Shown: positions 20,079-29,854 of the stretch, in pieces
How the letters are laid out: each line of letters starts with the position of its first letter
Position numbering within the stretch: the first letter of the stretch is position 1
Source: Deltaproteobacteria bacterium
GTDB taxonomy: Bacteria > Myxococcota > Kuafuiibacteriia > Kuafuiibacteriales > Kuafuiibacteriaceae
Direction of reading: 5' to 3'
NCBI GenBank assembly: GCA_040218735.1
Contig: JAVJQW010000021.1
Span: 91,629-155,628, forward strand
Length of the DNA stretch: 64,000 bases
The notes under the pieces: generated by a model
The model's input: the letters and a program-made list of their open reading frames with translations, nothing else
What the model was told of the DNA's origin: nothing
Database searches by the model: none
Position numbers and translations under genes: made by a program

Positions 20079-23000
20079 CTAGTACAGCCCCTTCATCGAC
20101 GGGTCGGCCATGCCGTACGCCGACATCGCCTGACGCATGAAGCCGGGCAGGGACACAAATCGCGACAGCTCGACGCACGCACGGTTCTCCTCACACTTGC
20201 AGGCGCTGTTGCCGGCCGAGTTGCAGCCGAAGCGACCACCCGTGTTGATCAGGCCCCCCGAGGTGACCGTGCCGACGGTCGGGTCGTAGCGAACGTTGAT
20301 CTTCCCGTTCGCGCCGACGCGCGGCACGTACCAGTCCGGCGTGCCGTCGTTGTCGATGTCGGGACCGGGGTCGGTCTCGTACGCCGCCGCGAGCAGCTCG
20401 TTGCCGTACTCGAGCATCCGCGCTGCGACGCCGCGCTGCACGGTGCGCCCAAAGACGTCTTCCTTGCCGAACGTCTTCGCGATGTACACGCGCCCCGCCG
20501 GGTCGTGCAGCTCGACGCGGTTCTCGAAGCCCGGGTCGGAGTCGTCACCGAGGTTCCAGATGCTCATCTGGTCGAGCCACCAGCGCTGCTGGTTCTCGGG
20601 CAGGTACATGAGCGTCCACGCGATGAGGAACTTCTGCTGCTCCCAGCCGACCTGCGGGTCGATCGCCATCGCCGGGATCGCGGTGTCACCGTCGATGCCG
20701 CCGCTGCCGAACGCGGAGCACACCGTCGAGCCGTTCGACGGGAAGCAGACCTCCGGATCCGACGTCCACCACGAGGTCCAACCGAGCGGACGCAGCGGGA
20801 AGCCACCGGGCTCCGTCATCGGCTCGCCGGAGTTGGTCTGCACCCACGAACCCTTGATGGCGTCGTCGTTGGTCAGGTTGTTCGCGAGCCAGCGACGGTA
20901 GCCGTCGGGGAACAGGTCCGCGAGGGACACCGCACGAGCGCGGGCGTCGGTGAAGTCGCCGCGCGACGCGCTGATGTAGTTGTCCTCCGACTCGGTCAGG
21001 AGCATCGTCGAGAACACCTTGTCGTAGTACGAGCCGGCGTTGATCGTGTACTCGGAGTCGAACTCACCGTGGGCCTCGGAGAGTGCGTTTTCGATCGGCT
21101 TTCCGCCGATGCCCACGGAGTCCCAGCCGCCGGTCGGACCGTTCGGAACGGTCAGCACCGTCTCTCCCACGCGCCCCGGCGCGTCCATCGCCGAGCGGAG
21201 GACGCCGGCGTTGGCGTCGACGAAGTGATCGCCCGGCTCGGGCCGCGCCATCATGCGGGTGAAGTGGTCGAACGCGAGCCCGGCGGCGAGCACGTTCGTC
21301 GCGAGTCCGTTGTAGCCGTTGCTGCTGCCCACGATGAACGGCCACAGGGTGTTGTAGTCGAGGTCGATCGACAGCGCGAAGTCTCGGTAGATGTTCGCGA
21401 ACAGGCCGAGGCCCTTCGCACCGTCACGCATCTTTGCGTTGTAGCGTCCGAGCGTGCGGTACGCGGCGGAGCGCACCGAGAAGCCCGTGCGACCGCGCCG
21501 GTAGTTGTCGAAGATGTGGTTCACCTCCTGCTCGGTGATGAAGAAGTTGAACAGCTCGTAGGCGTCGGCGCCGTTGTCGTGGCGGTAAACGGCGAGGTTG
21601 CCGAGGTCCGCCCAGCGGTCGGTGCCGAAGCCGTACGGGACACGCACGCGGCCGTCCGGATCGATCGCGTTGCCGCCGCGCGAGAAGCCGCCCGCTTCGT
21701 CGTCGGACGCGGGGCGCAGCTGCCGCCAGCTCACGTAGTCGACCGGCTGCGTGTGGCAGCGCGAGAACGCGCCGCCTACCGCGACGAGCCCGCCGTCGAG
21801 GACCGGGTGCCACTCACCCTTCTCGGCGACGTCCCAGTTCGACGGTTTGTAGTCGGCGGCGTTGACGTTGTAGCAATCGTTGATCAGGTCGAAGTGCGCG
21901 TTGAGCTGCGAGTAGTGGATCTCGTTGTCCACAGTGTCGCCGTTCGTGCTCCACCGGTACCCGACGATGCCGCCGAAGTTGTCCTGCTTCGCCGCCATCG
22001 CGCTGCCGCGCGGCGTGCCGACCTCGTAGGTGTCGTCCGCGAAGACACTCACGACGTCGCCGTAGAACATCCGCGCTGCCGCGAAGTCGTACGCGCCGAG
22101 GCCGAGGAGGTCCTGCGTCTGCTCACCCGCGTAGTCCATCGTCGACGACTGCATGAACATCCACAGGAGCTGGTCGCGCTCGGCGGTCGTCATGGGATCG
22201 AACCAGCGCGGCCCGACGCAGCTCTCGCCGTTGTTCGTGACGTCGGTGCACTCGGTCGTGGTCTGACCGTTGTTGGTGCGGAGCTGCCAGTACTGCGGGC
22301 GGTAGTTGTACGCGTCCGACGAGCTGACGAAGTTGTGGCGCATCCCGATGGAGTGCCCCATCTCGTGGAGGATCACGGAGAAGTGCGCGCGCTTCGCGAG
22401 GTAGTTGCGCATCCGCTCCATCCGGCGCTGCTGCTCGTCGACCGGGCTGTTCGAATCGAACGCGCCGAACTTCACCTGGAGCAGGTCCGCGAGGCCCGAC
22501 AGGGAGCTGGGCGCAGGCGCCTCGTGACGCACGCAGGCGCCGTGCTCGGCCATCGCGATCTGCTTCTTCATCTCGATGTCGCGAACGATGGACGGGTGGT
22601 TGCCCCGCAGCGGCGAAGACAGCTCGAGGGCCGCGCCGGTGATCGCGTTGCCGACCTCACCGAGGCCCGAGAACTGCTGCATCATGCGCGTGTTGAGCTC
22701 GGCCTCGAACGGCGAGCCGATCGCGAGCTGTCGGCGAGCGTCGTAGACCGCGCGGGTCGTGGAGGGCGCGTAGGCGTCGTACCGGACGCTGGTGAGGTTC
22801 TGGTTCAGCGCGAGCACCTGGTCCTTCAGGCCCACGTTGTTCTTCAGCGAGCGCGTGATGCTCTGCATCTGCGACACGTCGACCTTCGCGAACGCCGCGA
22901 CGCGGTGGTCGAGCTGGTCCTTCGACATACGCGGGAGGAGGCCGTTGCCGCTCGCCGCGTTGTTCGCCTGCACCCAGTCCTGGATGTACTTGCCGTCCGT

Positions 23001-24791
23001 GATCTCCTCGGTCGACAGCTCGCCGCCGATGTAGCGGATCTTGTCGACGATGCCCTGGCTCCAGAGGTCGTTCACGTGCGACCAGACGTTGATGCTCGCG
23101 GCGATCGTCTCGCCGGTGAGCGGGTCGTGGGAGTCGGTGTAGATGCCCCACGGCGACGGCGTCTGGGGGATCGGAATGACGTTGACCTGGTGGTAGCGCA
23201 GGTCGCCCATGCGGACGACGAGCCCGCGCTCGCCGCACAACGCGTGATCACTTTCGATCACCGGCGAGTGGCAGAGCACGACCATCTCGTCGAGCTTGGC
23301 GATCGCCGCGACGCCGGCGCTGTAGCCGCGTGCGTTCGCGATCTGATCCGCGAGCGCGTTGCAGTCCATGCCCGAGTACGCGAGGCCGTGGCGGCACGCG
23401 TCGACCTCGGTGGAGAGGTTCACGACGTCCTCGTTCTCGTTCTGCTGCTCGAAGTACATCGGGTAGCGCGCGCCGCACGTCTCGGCGGAGCGCTCGACGC
23501 GCATGCACTCGGCGTAGCGCGCGGACTGCACGGCGGTGCGCATCGCGACGTCCCACTGCTGCGCGGCGTCGGCCGTCGCGTCGAAGAAGTCGGGGTGGCT
23601 GCCGTCGGAGTAGTACCAGACGATCGGGCGCACGCCGCGGTCCGCGTAGGGGAGGGTGCAGCGCTGCTTGAACTCGTCGCACTGCGAGCCGGCGCCGACG
23701 GCCGCGCACTCGTCCGCGGTGCCGTCGCCGTCTTCGTCGCGGTGCGGGCTGGCGCCGAACGGCGTCGTCTCGGGGGTGAAGCACTCGACCGCGCCGTCAC
23801 GCGACGCGAAGTCCGTGTAGAAGTGGCTCTGGTCCCAGATGTTGTAGCGGTTGATGAAGCGGTGCCACTGCTCGTCGGACATGCCGTAGCGGCGGTTGTA
23901 GCCGAGGCGCTCGGTGTAGAACGCGCCGTACGCCTGGAAACGGAACCCGTCCCACTCCTGCGGGGCGTAGTCGGTGTCCTCGACCTGGCGGAACGAGTGG
24001 CGGATCGTCAGCTCGACGGGGTTGCAGTTGCCGGCGGGGCTGGTGCCGCCCGAGAACTCACTCGGGAGGAAACACGACGGGAACTCTTTGATGCTCCAAC
24101 CCAGGTGGGAGAGATCGACCATCTGCGGCTTCGCGAAGGCTTTCGTGGTGATGTCGAAGTAGCTGTCCTCGAAGTGCGGAGCGTCTTTGTCCTCGGGATC
24201 GTTCACGTAGTACGCGAGCGGCTCGTACTCGACGCCGCCGAACACGCCGAGCTGCGACAAGGTGTCGAAGTCGTACGTGTCGACCGCCTTGTTCTTCGAC
24301 CAGTCCACGCGGATGTACTGGCGCTCGTGCCACGGGCGGTCCGTGGTGTTCTCCTCGAGCACGTTCATCTGCTCGCCCGTGAGCGGGTTGTAGGCCGGGC
24401 GGATGTCGAATTGGCTGATGATGTCGAACGCCGCGACGACGATGCCGTCGGAGGCGGCGGGGCCGGCGCCCTTGCCGTCGGCGCCGTCGATGCGCTCGTA
24501 GGTGAGGCGGGCGATCAGGAGGTCTTCCTGGATGACCCACTTGATGCGCGAGACGGGCTGCGCGTAGGTCGACGTGAACAGGCCGCTCTGCGAGGCGCCA
24601 TACCCGACGTCGATGAGGGTGCCCTGGTACCAGAACTCCGGGTCGTCAGAAGGGTCGAGGAGCTTCTCCCCGACGAAGAAGCTCTTTTCGAGCGCGTTGG
24701 GTTGCGTCCGATCGATCGGGGCGCGTTGTTCGGCGCAGGCGGCAGCGAGCGCGAGTGAGCATGCGAGTGGCGTCAGCTTTCGAGTCATCAT
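20079..24791 (-). CDS. Giant (about 1570 aa) lipoprotein with a metzincin-like zinc metalloprotease motif
   Basis: Start MMTRKLTPLACSLALAAACAEQ (LAAAC lipobox; tandem ATG as the complement of 24786-24791). The motif VILHEMGHSIGMRHNF fits HExxHxxGxxH. Many Cys pairs and clean codon usage throughout. The ORF-track N-terminal extension to 24977 is probably not translated. Confidence 0.8.
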   Translation of the reverse strand: MMTRKLTPLACSLALAAACAEQRAPIDRTQPNALEKSFFVGEKLLDPSDDPEFWYQGTLIDVGYGASQSGLFTSTYAQPVSRIKWVIQEDLLIARLTYERIDGADGKGAGPAASDGIVVAAFDIISQFDIRPAYNPLTGEQMNVLEENTTDRPWHERQYIRVDWSKNKAVDTYDFDTLSQLGVFGGVEYEPLAYYVNDPEDKDAPHFEDSYFDITTKAFAKPQMVDLSHLGWSIKEFPSCFLPSEFSGGTSPAGNCNPVELTIRHSFRQVEDTDYAPQEWDGFRFQAYGAFYTERLGYNRRYGMSDEQWHRFINRYNIWDQSHFYTDFASRDGAVECFTPETTPFGASPHRDEDGDGTADECAAVGAGSQCDEFKQRCTLPYADRGVRPIVWYYSDGSHPDFFDATADAAQQWDVAMRTAVQSARYAECMRVERSAETCGARYPMYFEQQNENEDVVNLSTEVDACRHGLAYSGMDCNALADQIANARGYSAGVAAIAKLDEMVVLCHSPVIESDHALCGERGLVVRMGDLRYHQVNVIPIPQTPSPWGIYTDSHDPLTGETIAASINVWSHVNDLWSQGIVDKIRYIGGELSTEEITDGKYIQDWVQANNAASGNGLLPRMSKDQLDHRVAAFAKVDVSQMQSITRSLKNNVGLKDQVLALNQNLTSVRYDAYAPSTTRAVYDARRQLAIGSPFEAELNTRMMQQFSGLGEVGNAITGAALELSSPLRGNHPSIVRDIEMKKQIAMAEHGACVRHEAPAPSSLSGLADLLQVKFGAFDSNSPVDEQQRRMERMRNYLAKRAHFSVILHEMGHSIGMRHNFVSSSDAYNYRPQYWQLRTNNGQTTTECTDVTNNGESCVGPRWFDPMTTAERDQLLWMFMQSSTMDYAGEQTQDLLGLGAYDFAAARMFYGDVVSVFADDTYEVGTPRGSAMAAKQDNFGGIVGYRWSTNGDTVDNEIHYSQLNAHFDLINDCYNVNAADYKPSNWDVAEKGEWHPVLDGGLVAVGGAFSRCHTQPVDYVSWRQLRPASDDEAGGFSRGGNAIDPDGRVRVPYGFGTDRWADLGNLAVYRHDNGADAYELFNFFITEQEVNHIFDNYRRGRTGFSVRSAAYRTLGRYNAKMRDGAKGLGLFANIYRDFALSIDLDYNTLWPFIVGSSNGYNGLATNVLAAGLAFDHFTRMMARPEPGDHFVDANAGVLRSAMDAPGRVGETVLTVPNGPTGGWDSVGIGGKPIENALSEAHGEFDSEYTINAGSYYDKVFSTMLLTESEDNYISASRGDFTDARARAVSLADLFPDGYRRWLANNLTNDDAIKGSWVQTNSGEPMTEPGGFPLRPLGWTSWWTSDPEVCFPSNGSTVCSAFGSGGIDGDTAIPAMAIDPQVGWEQQKFLIAWTLMYLPENQQRWWLDQMSIWNLGDDSDPGFENRVELHDPAGRVYIAKTFGKEDVFGRTVQRGVAARMLEYGNELLAAAYETDPGPDIDNDGTPDWYVPRVGANGKINVRYDPTVGTVTSGGLINTGGRFGCNSAGNSACKCEENRACVELSRFVSLPGFMRQAMSAYGMADPSMKGLY

Positions 24792-25074
24792 TTGGGTCGT
24801 TCCATTCGAGCGAAGACAAACGTCGACGTCGCGAGGCGCGAACACGGACGGATCCGTGCGCACCTCGCCGGCGAACGTCGCCTCGGCGGTGCCGGTAGTA
24901 GGAGCAACGAGCGTGCCAAAGCGGCTCACCCCCTCCCGAAGCGTTCGAATCGACCGATTCGCGTGGGATTTCGGCACCGAACGGTCGGTGTTAGCTCTCT
25001 TACTGTCGGGTCGACGCGCAGGGACGGCACACGCCGCGTGCGGAACGTGACGCCCGAGATAGGATCTTGTCGAC

Positions 25075-27189
25075 GTGAAGAGAGGGATCGCGGTGCTCGT
25101 GGGAGCGGTGGCGTGCGCGCCGCGCGTTCAGATTCCGCTCGATCCCCCGGAGTCGACGGAGAGCATCGTCGTCGCCACGTTCGAAGACGAGCGCGCGCCG
25201 CCGCGGGTGTTTGCTTTCGATCGCGCTGCGCCGCCCGCCCCATACATGTTCGAGGGGCAGGATGACGATCGCCTCGTGGCGCTGTACTACGACGCTTCGC
25301 TCGCGTCCCTGGGCATCGTCGCCGGAACACAATCCGCCCGCGAAGAGAAACGTTCGGCGCCCCTCCCGTTCGCGGCGTACGCGACGACGGTGGGCGCGGC
25401 GCGGTGGGTCGAAGGTGACGCCGCGGATCTTTCGAAGCAGGTCCCGATCGATCGGATCGACGCCGCGACGTGTATCGAGCTCGGAGGGTGTTGGGGCTTC
25501 GACCGCTGCGTGCTCGCCTGCGAGCCGACCGAACCCGCGCCGCCGATGCTCCCGTTCCTCCCGGAGCACCGCGGGTTCACCGAGACGGCGACGGTGAACG
25601 CTTGCGGCGAGGTCGAGGCCGCACCGCGGACGGAGGCCGGTCCGTGTCCGGCGGGGCGCCGTACGTGGGACGGCTCCTGCGCCGCCTTCGAGGCGTGCCC
25701 CACCGAGCCGCCGAACCCCGGCGCGTTCACCTACGTGGCCGACGACGACGCGAGCCTCGCGGTCGCGCTGACCGCTGCGCAGGACGGGGACTCGATCGGG
25801 CTCGCGCAGGGGACCTACGCGCCGTTCATCGTGCCGCGGTCCGTGGCGATCGTCGGCGCGTGCGCGGAGGGGACGTTCGTAGTGTCGCCGGACGCGGACG
25901 CCGGGATAACGTTCGAGGCGGGGGGCAGCGTGTCGAGCCTGACGGTCGACGCGCCGGGCTCCGCCGACGCTGCGCTCGTCGCGGCGGGTGACGTTGCGGC
26001 GGAGGACGTCGCGATCGTCGGCGGCGCGATCGGCGTTCGCGCGAATGGAGCGCGCTTCCACCTCGAAAGGGCGCTCCTCACGGCGCGGGACGTCGGCGCG
26101 GTCGTCGAAACGTCCAGCACGACCTTCGATTCGGTGACGATCCGCGGAGCGACGCTCGGGGTCGCCTGCGACGACGGAGGCTGGATGGTCCAAGAGGTCC
26201 TGGTCGCCGATGCGTTCGAGGGGGTGCGGGTCGGGTCGAGCTGCGACGCCGAGGTGCGCGGGCTGCACGCGGTGACCTCGTCGATCGCGCTGTACGTTCA
26301 GGGGGGCGCGAACGCCGAGGACGTCCGGGCGGAGGGTGGACAGGGCTTCTACTTCGACCAAGGCTCGCAAGTTGACTTGCGCGGGATGACCTTCGCGGGC
26401 CGCGACTTCGGTGACGTCGCGGGCACCGTCGCCCTCTCGGACCTGGTTGCGCGGGACGAGGGCCGGGGGATTCGGCTGTGGCGCAACGGTCTGGCTACCC
26501 TCGAGCGTTACTACGTCGAAGGTGGTGTCCACGGGATCATCGCCGACGAAGGGACGTGGGCGTTGCACGACATCTGCGCGGTCGGCGTGCGGGGCACGCC
26601 CGTCGTCCGGGCGTCAGGTCGTGTCGCCGTGATGGAGCGGGTCGCGATCTACGCCACGCTGGGCGACAACGCGATCGAGCTTCTGAACCAGGCGCACGTG
26701 GAGCGGATGACGGACATTCGGATCGACGGCGTCCCGCAAGGTGGCTTGCTGATGGGGCCTCGGGATCCGCTGCGCGTGGAGCGGGTCCACATCACGGGGG
26801 CCGAGATGGGGACGCTCCCTCCGAACCACGACGGTCTGCGTCCGACGCTCATCGACGTCGACGTGGGCGGCTCTCCGGTCTTCTCCGCGCCCGACCTGGT
26901 CGACGTACGGCTGGAGTCCGATCGTGCGGCGCCGCTGTTTGCTGCGGTTCACATCCGGAGCACGCCCGAGCCGGTCCGTCTGGAGCGCTTCGTGATCGAT
27001 GTGCCGTTCCCCATCGCGGTTCGCGTCGGTGGAATCGGGTTCGGCGTCGAGCTCGCCGACGGCGAGATTCGTGGCAGCGACATCGCGCTGGGGTGTGTCT
27101 CCGCCGGGAGCGAGATCTCGATCGACGGCGTACGGTTCGAAACCGGCGTCGAATTCGACGATCGCGGCTGTACGCCGATCGATCCGTGA
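25075..27189 (+). CDS. Lipoprotein with right-handed parallel beta-helix-like repeats, hypothetical
   Basis: MKRGIAVLVGAVACAP is a signal peptide with a lipobox Cys. It is followed by many roughly 22-aa repeats rich in G/V/A/D (VxxxxxGxxV...), typical of pectate-lyase-like beta-helices. Confidence 0.7.
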   Translation: MKRGIAVLVGAVACAPRVQIPLDPPESTESIVVATFEDERAPPRVFAFDRAAPPAPYMFEGQDDDRLVALYYDASLASLGIVAGTQSAREEKRSAPLPFAAYATTVGAARWVEGDAADLSKQVPIDRIDAATCIELGGCWGFDRCVLACEPTEPAPPMLPFLPEHRGFTETATVNACGEVEAAPRTEAGPCPAGRRTWDGSCAAFEACPTEPPNPGAFTYVADDDASLAVALTAAQDGDSIGLAQGTYAPFIVPRSVAIVGACAEGTFVVSPDADAGITFEAGGSVSSLTVDAPGSADAALVAAGDVAAEDVAIVGGAIGVRANGARFHLERALLTARDVGAVVETSSTTFDSVTIRGATLGVACDDGGWMVQEVLVADAFEGVRVGSSCDAEVRGLHAVTSSIALYVQGGANAEDVRAEGGQGFYFDQGSQVDLRGMTFAGRDFGDVAGTVALSDLVARDEGRGIRLWRNGLATLERYYVEGGVHGIIADEGTWALHDICAVGVRGTPVVRASGRVAVMERVAIYATLGDNAIELLNQAHVERMTDIRIDGVPQGGLLMGPRDPLRVERVHITGAEMGTLPPNHDGLRPTLIDVDVGGSPVFSAPDLVDVRLESDRAAPLFAAVHIRSTPEPVRLERFVIDVPFPIAVRVGGIGFGVELADGEIRGSDIALGCVSAGSEISIDGVRFETGVEFDDRGCTPIDP

Positions 27190-27219
27190 CGTCGCGGTGT
27201 CGGATGGTATGGTCCCGCC

Positions 27220-28920
27220 GTGATTGGACCCTACGGCGGCCATCTGGTGGATGGCCTGGTAACGCCCGACCAAGCAGACGCACTCAAGGAAGCCTCCCGT
27301 GATTGGCCGTCCTGGACGCTGACGCCCCGACAGATCTGCGATCTGGAGCTCCTCCTGAACGGTGGTTTCTCGCCGCTCGATGGGTTCATGAAGCAGGCCG
27401 ACTACGACGGCGTCGTCGAGAAGATGCGCCTCGCGAGTGGCGTGCTGTGGCCGATGCCCATCACGCTCGACGTCCCGGAGGAGGTCGCCGAGAAGCTCGA
27501 GGCCGGTGGCTCCCTCGTCCTGCGTGACATCGAAGGGGTGATGTTGGCGGCGCTCGAAGTCGAGGACGTCTACCGCCCGGATCGCACCAAGGAGGCCGAG
27601 AAGGTCTTCGGGACCACGAACGTCGAGCACCCCGGGGTGAAGCACCTGTTGGAGGCGACGAACCCGGTCTACGTCGGCGGTCGCCTGCGCGGGATTCAGC
27701 TCCCGCTGCACTACGACTTCAAGGAGCGTCGCAATACGCCGCGCGAGCTCCGCAAGCGCATGGAGCTCAACGGCTGGTCGGACGTCGTCGCGTTCCAGAC
27801 GCGGAACCCGATGCACCGCGCCCACGCCGAGCTGACGATGCGCGCGAGCGCGGAGAAGAACGCGAAGCTGTTGATCCACCCGGTCGTCGGTATGACGAAG
27901 CCGGGCGACGTCGATCACTTCACGCGGGTGCGCTGCTACGAAGCGATCCTCGGCAACTACCCGCAGGGGGAGGTCGACCTGTCGCTGCTGCCCCTCGCGA
28001 TGCGCATGGGGGGCCCGCGCGAGTGCCTGTGGCACGCGATCATTCGGCGCAACTACGGCGCGAATCACCTGATCGTCGGGCGCGACCACGCCGGACCGGG
28101 CTCGGACTCGCAGGGCAACCCGTTCTACGGTCCGTACGACGCCCAAGCGCTGCTCAACGAGCACGGCGAGGAGATCGGCGTGAAGATGGTGCCGTTCCGG
28201 TTGATGGTCTACCTCGAGGACAAGAAGACCTACGCGCCGATCGACGAGGTGCCGAAGGACGAGAAGTACCTCACCATCTCCGGCACGCAGCTGCGCGAGA
28301 AGCTCGCGAACGGCGATGACATCCCGGAGTGGTTCACGTTCCCGTCGGTCGCGGCGGAGCTGCGCAAGAGCCACCCGCCGCGTTCGAAGCGCGGGCTCAC
28401 GGTGTTCTTCACCGGGCTCTCGGGCGCGGGCAAGTCCACGGTCGCCAACGTCCTGACCATGCGGCTCCTCGAGCACGGCGGGCGGAGCGTCACGCTGCTG
28501 GACGGCGACATCGTCCGCACGAACCTCTCGAGTGAGCTCGGCTTCTCGAAGGAGCACCGCGACATCAACATCCGCCGCATCGGCTTCGTGGCCTCGGAGA
28601 TCACGAAGGCCGGGGGCATCGCGGTGTGTGCGCCGATCGCGCCGTACGATGCGACGCGCAAGGAGACGCGCGAGATGGCGGAGAAGTATGGCGGGTACGT
28701 GCTCGTGCATGTGGCGACGCCCCTGGAGGTCTGCGAGCAGCGGGATCGCAAGGGCCTCTACGCGAAGGCGCGGGCCGGGATCATCAAGGAGTTCACCGGC
28801 ATCTCGGATCCCTACGAAGCGCCGCAGGACGCGGAGATCGTCCTCGACACCTCCGGCATCACGCCGGCGGACGCGGGCGAGCGGATCTGGGCGTACCTCG
28901 CGCAGCAGGGCTACGTCTGA
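27220..28920 (+). CDS. sat/cysC: Bifunctional sulfate adenylyltransferase (ATP sulfurylase) / adenylylsulfate (APS) kinase
   Basis: The N-terminal ATP-sulfurylase domain carries QTRNPMHRAH and GRDHAG motifs. The C-terminal APS kinase domain has the P-loop FFTGLSGAGKST and the loop DGD(I/N)VR...LGFS. The single 566-aa polypeptide synthesises PAPS. Confidence 0.95.
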   Translation: MIGPYGGHLVDGLVTPDQADALKEASRDWPSWTLTPRQICDLELLLNGGFSPLDGFMKQADYDGVVEKMRLASGVLWPMPITLDVPEEVAEKLEAGGSLVLRDIEGVMLAALEVEDVYRPDRTKEAEKVFGTTNVEHPGVKHLLEATNPVYVGGRLRGIQLPLHYDFKERRNTPRELRKRMELNGWSDVVAFQTRNPMHRAHAELTMRASAEKNAKLLIHPVVGMTKPGDVDHFTRVRCYEAILGNYPQGEVDLSLLPLAMRMGGPRECLWHAIIRRNYGANHLIVGRDHAGPGSDSQGNPFYGPYDAQALLNEHGEEIGVKMVPFRLMVYLEDKKTYAPIDEVPKDEKYLTISGTQLREKLANGDDIPEWFTFPSVAAELRKSHPPRSKRGLTVFFTGLSGAGKSTVANVLTMRLLEHGGRSVTLLDGDIVRTNLSSELGFSKEHRDINIRRIGFVASEITKAGGIAVCAPIAPYDATRKETREMAEKYGGYVLVHVATPLEVCEQRDRKGLYAKARAGIIKEFTGISDPYEAPQDAEIVLDTSGITPADAGERIWAYLAQQGYV

Positions 28921-28941
28921 CGCGCGGGGCGACGCGACGCC

Positions 28942-29832
28942 GTGGGGATTCGCATCGTCTCGTTGTTGCCGAGTGCGACGGAGATCTGCGTCGCGCTCGG
29001 GCTCGGGGAGTCGCTGGTCGGCGTCTCTCACGAGTGTGATCGACCGGGCGTACCGGTGATGACGCGGTCGTTCGTCGACGCCGACCTGAGCTCGGCGCAG
29101 ATCGATGCGGCGGTGCGCGAACGTGTCGCGTCGGAGCGTCCGATGTTCGTATTGGACGAGGCCGCGCTCGCGGCGGCGGCGCCGGACCTGATCCTCACGC
29201 AGGACACCTGCGCGGTGTGTGCGATCCCGGCTCGCGACGTCGAGAGCGTCGCGCGGTCCGCGGTGGGGGATTCGGTGCGGTTGGTGTCGCTCGCGCCGCG
29301 GACGCTCGACGACGTGTTCGCGAGCATGCGCGCGGTGGCGCAGGCGGCCGATGTCGAGGTGAAGGGGGAGGCGTTGGTCGCGGGGCTGCGCGCGAGCCTC
29401 GCGAACATCGCGCGGCAGGTGGACTGGGCGCACAAACGGGTCGCGTTCATCGAGTGGCTCGAGCCGCCGATGATGGCGGGGCACTGGACGTGTGAGCTGA
29501 TTCGGATCGCGGGCGGTGAGGCCGTCGGAGGCCACGAGGCGGCGCCGACGGTGCCGACCCGCTGGGACGCCGTGCGCGCGCTGGAACCCGAGCTCGCGAT
29601 CGTCTGTCCGTGCGGGTTCTCGGTAGCGCAGACCCGATCCGAGCTCGCGCGGGTGCGGCACGAGCTCGGGCCGATCCCCATCGCGGTGATCGACGGGAAC
29701 GCCTTCTTCCACCGGGCGGGGCCGAGGCTCGTGAAGTCGGCGGAGCTGGCGCAGATCGCGATCGGGGGCTTCGACCGCGATGTACTCGCGAACGAGATGC
29801 TCGTGTTCCCGCCGTCGTGGCCGCTCGGCTGA
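28942..29832 (+). CDS. Periplasmic-binding-protein-like (TroA/BtuF-fold, Peripla_BP_2-type) protein without a signal peptide
   Basis: MGIRIVSLLPSATEICVALGLGESLVGVSHECD matches the N-terminus of Fe/B12-type ABC substrate-binding proteins (RIVSL.PS.TE.l.aLG....lvGvs). No N-terminal signal sequence is present. Confidence 0.6.
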   Translation: MGIRIVSLLPSATEICVALGLGESLVGVSHECDRPGVPVMTRSFVDADLSSAQIDAAVRERVASERPMFVLDEAALAAAAPDLILTQDTCAVCAIPARDVESVARSAVGDSVRLVSLAPRTLDDVFASMRAVAQAADVEVKGEALVAGLRASLANIARQVDWAHKRVAFIEWLEPPMMAGHWTCELIRIAGGEAVGGHEAAPTVPTRWDAVRALEPELAIVCPCGFSVAQTRSELARVRHELGPIPIAVIDGNAFFHRAGPRLVKSAELAQIAIGGFDRDVLANEMLVFPPSWPLG

Positions 29833-29854
29833 CGTTCGCCTATCATCCGCGCCC

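Noticed and set aside
19941-24758. 1605-aa plus-strand ORF opposite the giant lipoprotein gene
   Set aside because: It has a monotonous Arg/Val/Ala/Asp/Glu composition without motifs. The minus-strand product has a lipobox, an HExxHxxGxxH motif and ordinary amino-acid usage.
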